Virus record (IMG/VR): IMGVR_UViG_3300033407_000079
Span: 1-34,450 of that record
Reading direction: 5' to 3' (one strand)
Length of the DNA stretch: 34,450 bases
Source: a virus
Lineage: Duplodnaviria; Caudoviricetes
Shown here: positions 8,478-17,381 of the stretch, piece by piece
How the letters are laid out: the number at the start of each line of letters is the position of its first letter
How positions within the stretch are numbered: the first letter of the stretch is position 1
The notes under the pieces: generated by a model
Told to the model about the DNA's origin: nothing
Databases searched by the model: none
The model's input: only the letters and a program-made list of their open reading frames with translations
Position numbers and translations under genes: made by a program

Positions 8478-8984
8478 CTACCCCAGCGCAATTGCGACGT
8501 CGGCCGTGTCGGCATTCGTGCCGCTGATTCGGATGGTTTTTGCGCCGGCGGCAATATCCGGCAGTTGCTCCGGCAAAACGAACAGCAGCCACGGATTGAG
8601 CGTCGCGTAGGCGGGGACGATCGTAGCGTTGCCGACGCCCAGCAGATCGTACTTGTTGGTCGCCGCCTGATCGCAGAGCGTCATCGGATTGGCGCCCTTG
8701 TTGCGGACCATGATCGCCTGGACCTTCAGGCCGGTCCCATCGATCGCGTCCTGTGTTCCCGCCAGCGCGGTCAGGTCGATGTCCGCCACGCCTGCGGCGA
8801 TCGTGTAGGTGGCGTAACTCACGCGCGACACCGCGGGCGTGGTGCTGGGGGTCAAGGCGGTTTCGGTGCGGTTGAATTTTTCGTTGACGATGCGGTCGGT
8901 CCCCGCGCCCGGGAGTCCCTCCAGTTGCTCCACCGCCTGAAAAACTCCTCGCAACAAAAGCTGCACGACAGATGCTTCGGCCAT
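8478..8984 (-). CDS. hypothetical structural protein
   Basis: GGGAG RBS; Thr/Ala-rich beta pattern (IDLTAL...GLKVQAIMVRN). Confidence 0.6.
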   Translation of the reverse strand: MAEASVVQLLLRGVFQAVEQLEGLPGAGTDRIVNEKFNRTETALTPSTTPAVSRVSYATYTIAAGVADIDLTALAGTQDAIDGTGLKVQAIMVRNKGANPMTLCDQAATNKYDLLGVGNATIVPAYATLNPWLLFVLPEQLPDIAAGAKTIRISGTNADTADVAIALG

Positions 8985-8999
8985 GATCGTACTCCCGTG

Positions 9000-9404
9000 T
9001 TATGCCGTCACCGGTGTCATGGCGACGACGGTCCATTCGGCTACCAGCCAGCCCCCGCTATTGGCGCTCAGGCCGCCGACGCCGGCGATGATTGCCTGCA
9101 CGCGCACCGGGCGGACGCCCAATACCAGCACGTTGCCCAACTGTTGATCGGCCCAGGTCAGCGGCGCAGGATCGCTGCCGACGAACGCCTTGTAGTCTTC
9201 CATCAATTGCGTTGCGGCTTGCAGGTCGTCGGTGTCGACGCGGCTGACGAATACAAACGGCTGTCCGCGCCGGCCGGTGCGCAGCGCCGCGACGTTGGGC
9301 ACGCCGAGGCGCGCGATCAGTTCCAGTTCCTCCGCCGTCAAATCCGGGAACGGATCGAGCGACAAAAACACGAATTCGCCCAGCTTGTAAGTCGGCAGCG
9401 CCAT
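9000..9404 (-). CDS. putative distal-tail-like protein
   Basis: 134 aa directly after tape measure; positional. Confidence 0.5.
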   Translation of the reverse strand: MALPTYKLGEFVFLSLDPFPDLTAEELELIARLGVPNVAALRTGRRGQPFVFVSRVDTDDLQAATQLMEDYKAFVGSDPAPLTWADQQLGNVLVLGVRPVRVQAIIAGVGGLSANSGGWLVAEWTVVAMTPVTA

Positions 9405-9406
9405 CG

Positions 9407-10924
9407 TCAGTCTCGCACGTTCTGGTCAAGCCCGCGGCCGGCGGCGTTGCGGCCGGATTGTTCGATCGCTTGTCGTGTGCGCCTGAACTCCTCCAGCAAT
9501 TCACGGGCCAGGCGGGCTTGTTCGAGTTCCGCCTCGGTCGGGATGTCCGCGCCGCCCGCCGCAAATCCCAATCGCCCAACCCGCGACCGCCCCCTTCCGC
9601 GTCGCCGCTGAGACTGAAATTCCGCTTCCCGACCTTCGATGTCTTCCGCGAAACTGCGCACAAATCCCAGATCGATATCGGCCCGATCTTGAAACATCCC
9701 ACGAAGGAATCGCCGCTGGCTCAGAAGGCGCTGCTGGAATGGCGTCAAACGCAACGCATCAATCACGTCTATCTCGCGCTCCGAGACGATGCCGCGGATT
9801 CCTTTTTCGGGATCACGCAGCCGCTCCCGTTCGGCCTGGACTTCGATGGCGCGGCTCAGACCCTCCACTCGCTGAAGGTCCGTAGCGCCCAGGCTGGCTA
9901 AAAAATCTCGGCCGGCGCCGGACCGGTCGGTAATCTTTGATAGCGCGGTGGCGCTGTCTCGCAGGTCTTTGCTGACCTGGCTGTCCGGATCGAACAACTC
10001 GATTAGCGCCTGTTTGGTCCGTCCCTGTTCGATGCCTCCGGCCACCGTGGTGGCCAAGAGCGGATCGGCGCGGACGGCGGCCAATCGCTCTTCTGTCGTC
10101 GCCGCCGCCGGCACGTTCTTGGCCAACACCGCCGCGAACCGGCTGGCGGCAGTGCCCGACAGCGACCCTTCGGGGTCCACTAGCCGCTTCGTCAGGGCGT
10201 TGACCAGCGAGACGCTGAATACGTCGGTGTCGCCGAAGCCGGCGACGTTCGCGGCCCCAGGAACGACGTTCTGGGCAAAGGCCCGCGGCGTGGTGACCCG
10301 CGACTGCTGCAGCGCGCTGGCGACGAATCCGATGTTTTGCTGCGCGTCGGTGGTGCCGGTCACCTTGGCCACGTCCAGCAGTCCGGCCGCCAGGCCGCCG
10401 GGGTCCTGCGGGTTGACAATCGCGCCGATCCGCACCGCGTCCAGCGCGGACTTTAGATTGCCGCTAGCCGAAACTGCTTCTCCCGCAGGGACGAATAACT
10501 TTTCCTGCGTGACGCCGGTAGCGGTCGAAATACGGGCGATCTCGGCCAGTGCTTGTTTGCGTTCTTTAGCGGACACGCCGGCCAGATTCGCCAAAAACTG
10601 GCGTTGGCTTTGGCCAGCGGTGATTTGCCCACGGGCGGCCCGCTTTTGTAGTTCGATTTGCTCTCGGATGTCGTCGTTGACCTGCTGCACGACCGAACGC
10701 ACCGAGGCGTAGCCTGCCACCATGCCGCCCAGGCTGGACAGCGCCTGCCTGCCCAGCGCGCGAAACGCATCGGTCTGCTGCCGTTGCTGTTGCGTTCCTG
10801 TGCGCACCTGCTGTGCCAGCCTTTGATTCTGCTGCCGCAGCTTTTCGATATCGCGCTGCGCGCGCTCCAGCGCCCGATGGTGCTCGCGGTCGTCGCCGAT
10901 GATCTGGTTGACTACCTTGGCCAT
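9407..10924 (-). CDS. tail tape measure protein (short, about 505 aa)
   Basis: MAKVVNQIIGDD start, N-terminal coiled coil, Ala/Gly-rich helical body, follows tail chaperone region. Confidence 0.65.
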   Translation of the reverse strand: MAKVVNQIIGDDREHHRALERAQRDIEKLRQQNQRLAQQVRTGTQQQRQQTDAFRALGRQALSSLGGMVAGYASVRSVVQQVNDDIREQIELQKRAARGQITAGQSQRQFLANLAGVSAKERKQALAEIARISTATGVTQEKLFVPAGEAVSASGNLKSALDAVRIGAIVNPQDPGGLAAGLLDVAKVTGTTDAQQNIGFVASALQQSRVTTPRAFAQNVVPGAANVAGFGDTDVFSVSLVNALTKRLVDPEGSLSGTAASRFAAVLAKNVPAAATTEERLAAVRADPLLATTVAGGIEQGRTKQALIELFDPDSQVSKDLRDSATALSKITDRSGAGRDFLASLGATDLQRVEGLSRAIEVQAERERLRDPEKGIRGIVSEREIDVIDALRLTPFQQRLLSQRRFLRGMFQDRADIDLGFVRSFAEDIEGREAEFQSQRRRGRGRSRVGRLGFAAGGADIPTEAELEQARLARELLEEFRRTRQAIEQSGRNAAGRGLDQNVRD

Positions 10925-11475
10925 CACCGCGTCCTGTGGCTCTTGCGCTCGACAATCTGATTGATGCCGCGCTCGATCCGGCTTTGCAGCATGTCGAGCA
11001 GTTCGTCGCGTTCGCTGGGCAGCAGCCGCGTCGCCTCTTCGAACACCGGGGGGCGGGAGTTGCCCGGCTTGGGCCTTTCCGGCGCGTGACCGGGCAGGCT
11101 CGGCACGCTGACGATGCCTCGCGTGGGAAAGCCGCGGGCAGCGGAGAGTTCGATCATCTGCGCCCGTAGCCGCCCAGAATAAATCAGGTCCGCGTTGAGT
11201 GCCGCGGGGATCGCTCGCCCGGTCTTGATCGCCCACGCGACAGTCGACAGCAGCTTGCGACGCCGCTGCCGCTCGGTTTGTTTTCGATAGCCTGGCTTGC
11301 GCGGCTGGTAGCCGTACTTCCCGCGCGCCCCAGGGCGGAAGTGCCTCGGCATGATCTTCGTCCGCCAGTGTTCGGCCGTGGCGGCGAACGACTCTTTGGT
11401 CAGCCGCCGCCAGCCGCGCTTGCTCAGCCCGGCCGGCACCTGCACCGAAATGTGCGTGCGGATCGGGATCACCAT
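10924..11475 (-). CDS. basic virion morphogenesis / tail-completion-like protein
   Basis: Arg-rich; HF..GA..KYGYQPR...Y..., LIYSGRLR motif typical of neck/morphogenesis proteins. Confidence 0.55.
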   Translation of the reverse strand: MVIPIRTHISVQVPAGLSKRGWRRLTKESFAATAEHWRTKIMPRHFRPGARGKYGYQPRKPGYRKQTERQRRRKLLSTVAWAIKTGRAIPAALNADLIYSGRLRAQMIELSAARGFPTRGIVSVPSLPGHAPERPKPGNSRPPVFEEATRLLPSERDELLDMLQSRIERGINQIVERKSHRTR

Positions 11476-11491
11476 AGTCCGGCCGCTCCCA

Positions 11492-12316
11492 CTAGGTAGA
11501 GTTCGCCGCGGCTGGGTCGGTGGCCGGGACTGAGTCCGCGTGCCCAGGCGACGAATTCATGCCATCCGGCGTCCCGGAGGGGTCCGTTTTTTTTTGCTCC
11601 GCCGCGGTCGCGATCTTGATGGCGTCGATCAAGCAAAACAGCACCGTCGCCCAGTTGTTGCTGTCGATCAGCCCCAGTACGTTTTGCTCCGCGCGGCCGT
11701 AGCGATAATTGATCCCCACGGCGCGGACCGCGACGTCTAGAATCTCGGCCGCGTTCTCATTGGCGTTTTTGAATCCGTCGTGAAACCATTCGATCGCCCG
11801 CCCGGCGTCGTCCCACAGTTGCCGATAGTCGGCCTTGACCCGCTCTGTGTAGTTGCCCTCCGCGTCCCAGCCCAGCGATCTCGGCAGTTCGCTCGTGCCG
11901 TCCGGCCGGCGCGCGATGGCGATGCAATATTCGGCGCCGTCGCCGAGGGTGACGCGGTAGCCGGCATGTTCCAAGGGCCGCGCCAGGTCATCGGCTCCCG
12001 GCGGCTGCTCGTTGTCCAACCCGATCCAAAACGGCCCGCAGTCGTGCCAGGTCTGAAACTGCGGCGCGTAGCGGGTGCCCCGTGCGCCCAGGATGTCCTT
12101 GTCCTTGCGGAGCACGGCGAAGATAAGCCCGCTGGTCTTGCCGTCCGGCCCGATGCCGGTCAGGTCGTTGAGCGACATCTCCGCGCGGACGTCGCGCACG
12201 TCGCACGTGACGTGCGTCAGCCCCAGCCTGGCGAATTGCTCGCGGCGCAATTGACCGTCGGCGCGGCGAATGTCCGCGGCGTGCAGCCCCGGCAGATAAT
12301 AGAGTGGCGCGGCCAT
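11492..12316 (-). CDS. tail assembly chaperone (gpG-like), with probable -1 frameshift extension to 11469
   Basis: upstream of TMP; ends ...EQKK on an A9 slippery run followed by a low-complexity tail. Confidence 0.55.
   Translation of the reverse strand: MAAPLYYLPGLHAADIRRADGQLRREQFARLGLTHVTCDVRDVRAEMSLNDLTGIGPDGKTSGLIFAVLRKDKDILGARGTRYAPQFQTWHDCGPFWIGLDNEQPPGADDLARPLEHAGYRVTLGDGAEYCIAIARRPDGTSELPRSLGWDAEGNYTERVKADYRQLWDDAGRAIEWFHDGFKNANENAAEILDVAVRAVGINYRYGRAEQNVLGLIDSNNWATVLFCLIDAIKIATAAEQKKTDPSGTPDGMNSSPGHADSVPATDPAAANST
11587..11595 (-). other. slippery sequence A AAA AAA (programmed -1 frameshift candidate)
   Basis: GAG CAA AAA AAA ACG in frame; -1 frame is open for 39 codons and its stop overlaps the next gene's start. 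Confidence 0.65.
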
Positions 12317-12322
12317 CGGCGG

Positions 12323-12499
12323 TCAGTCTCCATCGCTCTCGCCCTCGTCAGGCTCGCGCGTGCCGTGCTGTGCGTCCGCTTCGGCCTTGCGGGCGCGCAG
12401 CAACTGTGCGGCGGCAGCGCGCGTGATGCCCCGTTCGCGGGCCAGGAGATCGACCTCAGGGGGGCGGTCCGGGTGTGGCGGCAGTGGATTGTCGGTCAT
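12323..12499 (-). CDS. small hypothetical protein, 58 aa
   Basis: ATGA-coupled start; MTDNPLPPHPDRPPEVDLLARERGITRAAAAQLL... Confidence 0.55.
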   Translation of the reverse strand: MTDNPLPPHPDRPPEVDLLARERGITRAAAAQLLRARKAEADAQHGTREPDEGESDGD

Positions 12500-12897
12500 G
12501 TGGGATCCAATTCTCGAAAGACTCTGTGATCGAAAATCAATTTTGCGACGGTGTTGCCCAACGCCGCCGACAGCGTGAACGTGTAGACGGCGACGCGGCG
12601 CCCGGCGTTGGCCGGGAAGGCGTCGGGCGTGATCACATGGAAAAAGTTGTAGCCTCGATCGTCGATCGGCCATCCTATGAGGCTGTTGCTGATCACGTCC
12701 GCGACGACCAGCGATACGTTGTTGTGTCCGGTGACAGCCAAACCCGAGCGGTCGTACACCGTGTAGGCGATCGTGGCGACGTCGGCCTGTACGTAGGCGT
12801 CTCCCCAGGCGCCCGGGGCGGCGGCCAGCTTTGCCAGCCGGCCAAATACCCGACTGTGCGAGTTTTCCAGGTGGTCCAGACGGAAACGTGCAATCAT
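12496..12897 (-). CDS. hypothetical structural protein (BppU/Ig-like), 133 aa
   Basis: ATGA-coupled start; ADVATIAYTVYD...GYNFFH..P..AFP pattern; fold call is inference. Confidence 0.6.
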   Translation of the reverse strand: MIARFRLDHLENSHSRVFGRLAKLAAAPGAWGDAYVQADVATIAYTVYDRSGLAVTGHNNVSLVVADVISNSLIGWPIDDRGYNFFHVITPDAFPANAGRRVAVYTFTLSAALGNTVAKLIFDHRVFRELDPT

Positions 12898-14228
12898 CCA
12901 GCAGTCGCATATTCGACGACGGGCGAGGTTGTTTGGTATTGGCGCTCGGACAATCCGGCGCGGTGCGTAGCGCGTTCGATGGCCGAGGCGTGGTGTACGG
13001 CCTCGACGCGGATCCTCTCGGTAATGCCGCCAAGTCCTATCGTCACCGCCGGGGCGCTCCAAGTGGCAGCGACGGGCGAGGCGGCGAGTTGATTTGTGCT
13101 GGCGGCCGCCGGCGCCAACCAAGCGGCCGTTACGGGTGCGGGCGTGACTGTGATGCCGGCGCCTGCCGTTACCTCCGGGACGCTCCAGGCGGCCGAAATG
13201 GGGGCGGCGGAGAGTTGGATTGAGGCGGCGCTGACCGGCGCAGACCAGTTGGCCGCGGGTGCGGTGAGCGGGATCGCTATTGAGGTATTCGCTGTTGGGG
13301 CCGACCAGGCGGCGGCCATCGGATCGGGCACGATCGCCAACGACGCGGCAATCGCCGGCGCAGTCCAGGAGGCCACAGCGGGATCGGGCGTAATGATGAT
13401 GCCGCCGCCTATCGTCACCGCCGGGGCGCTCCAAGCCGCGGAAACGGGCGAGACGGTCTGTTGGATCGCGCCTGCCGCTTCTGGGACGGACCAGGAGACG
13501 CTGGCCGGCGCGGCGGCGAGCACAATCGACGTTGCCAATGCGGGCGCGCTCCAAGCAGCCGATACGGCGCTCACGGCCAACGAGAGGGGCGTTGAGGCGG
13601 CCGGAGCGCTCCAGGAGGCCGGAACCGGCGAGGGCGTCAGGGCCAGGGCCTGGCTGGCCGCCGGGGCGCTCCAGGACGCGCTCACCGGACTGGGCGCGAC
13701 AGTGATGCCGCCGGAATACGTGCCGTCCAGATCGCATCCGTAGAGCCGCAGGTTGGCGTTGTCCGGCTGGGCAACCTTGGTGTAGGTCCAGGTAAAGCGG
13801 ATGTGCGCGGCGTCCCACTGGGCCTTCGTGCCGGCCAGATTCGCAAACGCTACGTTCCGCTGCGTCCGGGTCGAATCCGCCTCGGTGGCGAGGTTGCCGG
13901 TTTCATCGGTCAGCGGATTGGTCGTGTCGTTGTCGGCGTCAAAGATGCGAGCCGTCAGGGTGCAGGTGTCGTTGCCGAATTCGGTCGCCTCGACGTCAAC
14001 GTCAATGTTGAGCGTCTCCATCGCCGCAAAGTCGGCATCGACGTTGGAGAGCGAAAACCACGCTTCGCCGCTCGTTTCACTGTCGTCGTTCTCGACGTAA
14101 TCAGCGCTCCCGCCGTCCGGCGCGTCGTTGCAATGACTGAAAAACGGCGCGCCGGTGCCGGCGTCGTGGCGGATCACCGCCCCGATCGTGCCGTCGGCGT
14201 CAAGCGTCAGTTGGTTGAGTGTCGGCAT
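12894..14228 (-). CDS. fibre/appendage-like protein with 11 Ser/Ala-rich WSAP repeats
   Basis: acidic N-terminal domain followed by 20-22 aa repeats xPVxAxWSAPA. Confidence 0.7.
   Translation of the reverse strand: MPTLNQLTLDADGTIGAVIRHDAGTGAPFFSHCNDAPDGGSADYVENDDSETSGEAWFSLSNVDADFAAMETLNIDVDVEATEFGNDTCTLTARIFDADNDTTNPLTDETGNLATEADSTRTQRNVAFANLAGTKAQWDAAHIRFTWTYTKVAQPDNANLRLYGCDLDGTYSGGITVAPSPVSASWSAPAASQALALTPSPVPASWSAPAASTPLSLAVSAVSAAWSAPALATSIVLAAAPASVSWSVPEAAGAIQQTVSPVSAAWSAPAVTIGGGIIITPDPAVASWTAPAIAASLAIVPDPMAAAWSAPTANTSIAIPLTAPAANWSAPVSAASIQLSAAPISAAWSVPEVTAGAGITVTPAPVTAAWLAPAAASTNQLAASPVAATWSAPAVTIGLGGITERIRVEAVHHASAIERATHRAGLSERQYQTTSPVVEYATAG
13040..13710 (-). repeat. about 60-66 bp coding tandem repeats (WSAP units)
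   Basis: 11 units counted in the translation; DNA repeat GGCGCTCCA(G/A) recurs. Confidence 0.85.
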
Positions 14229-14669
14229 CTACGTCAACTGCAAAATGCCTTCGGCGTTCCAGGTGATGGTAAAGTCGCCGCCGCCGGGACTTTGCGGCGT
14301 GGCGAACTCGATCCAGCCGATCACCGGACTGTCGGCGTCCACCGTGACGTGTTTGTACACCAGCGCGCCGGCCAGTTGTCGAACGTCGTTGCCCAGCGCG
14401 GTCCAGGTCACGTCGTCCGCGTCGAACTCCGCCCGGTCGTTGGCGTCGTCCTTGTTGACCGCCTCGTTGGCCAGTGCCTTGCGGACGTAGTTGGCAGCGC
14501 CGGTCGATTCATCCAGCGTGGTGAAGTCAGCCACAAACACGATGCCGTCGTTTTCAGTGCCGGCCGTGGTGTTGGTCATCAGCAGCGCCACGCGGATGTC
14601 GTCGGCGTTCAGGTCGATCTCGCCGGCCGCGCTGGCGCGCTTGAACTCGTTGTAGATTTGGGAGGCCAT
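14229..14669 (-). CDS. conserved phage minor tail/structural protein
   Basis: IDL..DDIRVALL...Y.RKAL...FDADDVTW...ALVYK...SPVIGWIEF...GGDFTITW..GIL, a pattern commonly seen before fibre genes. Confidence 0.7.
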   Translation of the reverse strand: MASQIYNEFKRASAAGEIDLNADDIRVALLMTNTTAGTENDGIVFVADFTTLDESTGAANYVRKALANEAVNKDDANDRAEFDADDVTWTALGNDVRQLAGALVYKHVTVDADSPVIGWIEFATPQSPGGGDFTITWNAEGILQLT

Positions 14670-14712
14670 GTGAGTCCTTGTTGATCGCGTGGGTTGAAAT
14701 CCACGCTACGGG

Positions 14713-15633
14713 TCATGCGATCGTGTCCGTCAGTGCGATGGCCAGCGGCGCAGTGGTGACGAGGGGCGCCTTGAGCGGGCAGCGGAGCACGGTGGCGACC
14801 GGCTCATTTCCGCCGCCGCTGGTCTGTTCGGCGTGGACGCGGCCAACCGTGCCGGTAAAGCTCACGTGCTGCGCTGCGCCGTCGGCGTAGTTAAGCCCAT
14901 TCATCTCGTGACTCCGGCGGAACCAAAATTTGATAGCGGTCAGCGCAACGCCCTGCGGAACAGCGTTGGCAATCGACGGCGACTCGCGGGTCGTGATCGT
15001 CAACACGGGCTGCCCCTGACCGATCGCGAAAAACGTGTTGAACGGCTCGCCGTCGGCGTCCAATTCGATCGGCGTGATGTTTTTTTCAATCCTCACGTCC
15101 GTGACGCCGTTGAGGAACACCCCGTTGATCTTGACCGGACCCAGCGTAAAGCTATTCGCGGTCGCGACCGTGCCTGCCAATGCCACAGATCCGGCAGCTA
15201 CGATCGGCGCGTTGACGCCGTCATACGTGATCGCCAGTCGCGTGGAGATCGTCGCCGGATTTCCTTGGCTGGCGGAGATCGACTGCCAATACAGATAGGA
15301 TTGCGCGACGCGGTATCGATCATGCACCAGCGACGCGTCGGCCTCGCGCGTGCCCAGGTCGGTGACTTTTTTGTAGTAGAGGTCGACGTTTCCGGCCGCC
15401 TGGCTGGCTCCGTTCCAGCCGGTCGCGGTCAAGACTCCAGACAGGTCCGTCGAGTCGAAACTAATTTCCGGCTTGTGACTCGCCGAACCCACGAAAAGCG
15501 GCTCGAAATGGCCGGCCGTGTACTCGATCAGGTCCTCGATCCCCATGCTGTTGGTGTGTTCGCGCAGTTGCGCCAGGAGCGCGAGGCTGGGTAACCCCAT
15601 TCCGTACAGCACACTCGCGGTCGCGGCTGGCAT
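14713..15633 (-). CDS. major tail tube protein (putative)
   Basis: 306 aa Thr/Ala/Gly-rich, directly after terminator-like gene; no sheath gene in window. Confidence 0.6.
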   Translation of the reverse strand: MPAATASVLYGMGLPSLALLAQLREHTNSMGIEDLIEYTAGHFEPLFVGSASHKPEISFDSTDLSGVLTATGWNGASQAAGNVDLYYKKVTDLGTREADASLVHDRYRVAQSYLYWQSISASQGNPATISTRLAITYDGVNAPIVAAGSVALAGTVATANSFTLGPVKINGVFLNGVTDVRIEKNITPIELDADGEPFNTFFAIGQGQPVLTITTRESPSIANAVPQGVALTAIKFWFRRSHEMNGLNYADGAAQHVSFTGTVGRVHAEQTSGGGNEPVATVLRCPLKAPLVTTAPLAIALTDTIA

Positions 15634-15644
15634 GGTCTAGGACC

Positions 15645-16205
15645 TCAATTGAAGCTGTACGTAAAAATCGCCCGCCAGTACCCGGCGCCGGCGTGTTGCG
15701 CGTCTTCGATTTCGCTCGAATGGATCGGCAACAGAAAAATTTCGCTGCCCGACATCGCCAGGTCGTCTTCCGTTACCGGAGATACGTACTGCAAAATCTC
15801 GTGGTCGATGGCGCCGAACAGATTGTCGGCGGTGACGAAACTGGCCAGCCGGTCGGCGGGCAACTCGTCGCGCGCGAAGTAGCTGACGGCCAGTTGCCCC
15901 TGCTGGATCGACAGCAGCGGATTCGCCCCGCCGCCGATCACGGGCCGCTGCCAGGCGTCGCCCATCTGCACGACCGCCAGCGGCATCCGGGGCACGAGCG
16001 ACAGATAGTCGCCGTCCTCGGCCCGCAGCGACGGCAGGAAGATTCGCTTGTCGCCGTTGATACCCAGGATCAGCTTGTCGCGCGCGTCCGGATCGGGCGG
16101 CGTCAGTCCGGCGGCAGTTTGAAACGCCGCGCTGTCGGCGATCATTTCCGCCAGGCGGAACATCGGCACGCTGACCGGTCCGGTGGGCGTCGGTGTGAGC
16201 GGCAT
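15645..16205 (-). CDS. tail terminator-like protein
   Basis: position between head-closure and tube genes; P.AVV motif, C-terminal aromatic strand. Confidence 0.5.
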   Translation of the reverse strand: MPLTPTPTGPVSVPMFRLAEMIADSAAFQTAAGLTPPDPDARDKLILGINGDKRIFLPSLRAEDGDYLSLVPRMPLAVVQMGDAWQRPVIGGGANPLLSIQQGQLAVSYFARDELPADRLASFVTADNLFGAIDHEILQYVSPVTEDDLAMSGSEIFLLPIHSSEIEDAQHAGAGYWRAIFTYSFN

Positions 16206-16215
16206 CGATAATCAC

Positions 16216-16608
16216 TCATTCCTCGTGCGTCGTGCCGGCGCGCTTGAGTTTGAAGCGGACGAACATCCCCGCGATGCTGTGATCGGTCACGTCCACTCTG
16301 GCCGTGTCCACCGCCCAGCGCTCACCGTCTGTCTGGCCGGCCCTCAGCAATGCGTCGCGGGGAAAAAACTCTGTCCGGCCCCCTTTTTCGTGGTCCGGGT
16401 CTCGCAGCATCGAGACGCGAATCTGTTGTTTCGTTTGCGCGATGCCCTCGCGGTTTTGCGTTTCTTCGTCGTCGAGTTCCTGCACGTTGGCCACGATCGA
16501 CACGCCCGGACCGCCGGCGGCCGGAAAGAACGTGACGGTTTCGGCGAACTTGTTTTCGTCGAGAACATTGGCGGCGTAGGCGGTTTTGCGGTAATCGCGG
16601 AATGTCAT
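16216..16608 (-). CDS. head-tail joining/closure protein (lambda gpFII-like)
   Basis: FAETVTFFPAAG...I.A.V N-terminus typical of head-tail joining proteins. Confidence 0.6.
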   Translation of the reverse strand: MTFRDYRKTAYAANVLDENKFAETVTFFPAAGGPGVSIVANVQELDDEETQNREGIAQTKQQIRVSMLRDPDHEKGGRTEFFPRDALLRAGQTDGERWAVDTARVDVTDHSIAGMFVRFKLKRAGTTHEE

Positions 16609-16619
16609 GGGCCAGCCGG

Positions 16620-17324
16620 TTACACCTCGACGCGATAAACGATCCGCACGCGCTGTAAACTAAAACTATCCACGTTGGTGTCGGCCGTCTTTTGGAGTTG
16701 CACGAACGGTTGCAACCCTCCGGCGTAGTTGCTCATGTCGAATTGCGTCGCGCGGGCGACGGGCCTCAACGCCCCGCGGCCATCGCTCATGCTGAACAGC
16801 ACGTTCGCCTTGCCGCCCACCGATTGCACACCCACCTTGCTCTGGATGCCGGTCTTGAAGTCGATGTGAAATCGCTTCACCGCGGCTACCAGGGTCTGGC
16901 CGGTGGCCACGTCGTCGTTGTTGTTCGTGCCGTCGTCGCTTTCGACCACGACGCTGTTGTTGCCGATAATCCGGAAAAGTGCCGCTTCGGCGATCGAATC
17001 GATGGCGTCGTTCCGCGCGCTCTCCATGCCGAACGCCAGTTGCGATGCGGCATCCAGCGCGGCGACGGTCTTGATCCAAAACTCGGCGCTCACCAGGTCG
17101 TCGATGTCGTAAGACAGGATGTCGCCGTGGTAGAGGCAGAGATTTTGGACCTCGCTCTGCGCGTCGAACGCGCCCACCATGAACCCCCCGGCGGCAGCCA
17201 GCGTCGGCGTTCCGGCGGAGGACGTGTCCGCCTTGGCCCACGGGCCGTTGACCACGCTGGCGGTTAGGGCCGGCACGATCTTTCCGTTGAAACGGAAGTC
17301 GTCTACGATTTCTTCAAACGGCAT
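16620..17324 (-). CDS. capsid-associated (decoration/cement-like) protein
   Basis: directly after MCP; GGAG RBS before ATG 17324; ..DDF.. start, beta-rich. Confidence 0.55.
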   Translation of the reverse strand: MPFEEIVDDFRFNGKIVPALTASVVNGPWAKADTSSAGTPTLAAAGGFMVGAFDAQSEVQNLCLYHGDILSYDIDDLVSAEFWIKTVAALDAASQLAFGMESARNDAIDSIAEAALFRIIGNNSVVVESDDGTNNNDDVATGQTLVAAVKRFHIDFKTGIQSKVGVQSVGGKANVLFSMSDGRGALRPVARATQFDMSNYAGGLQPFVQLQKTADTNVDSFSLQRVRIVYRVEV

Positions 17325-17381
17325 GATCGGTTCTCCGAGCAATGGATCAGGTCGATAAACTCACGTTTGTTTTCAGCCGGC

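Noticed and set aside
6138-9611. Long plus-strand ORFs (535 and 607 aa) and similar ones across the window
   Set aside because: Antisense shadows of GC-rich minus-strand genes; Arg/Pro-rich with no motifs or RBS
10925-11236. N-terminal extensions in the ORF track (TMP, portal, hldA, LamG and others)
   Set aside because: They overlap upstream genes; coupled starts or RBSs downstream give better starts
13040-13710. Regularly spaced about 60-bp repeats as a possible CRISPR array
   Set aside because: Degenerate, codon-phased coding repeats; no identical repeats with unique spacers and no cas genes
13096-13743. Plus-strand ORF with AGALQ repeats
   Set aside because: Exact antisense of the WSAP repeat gene, which is operon-coupled on the minus strand
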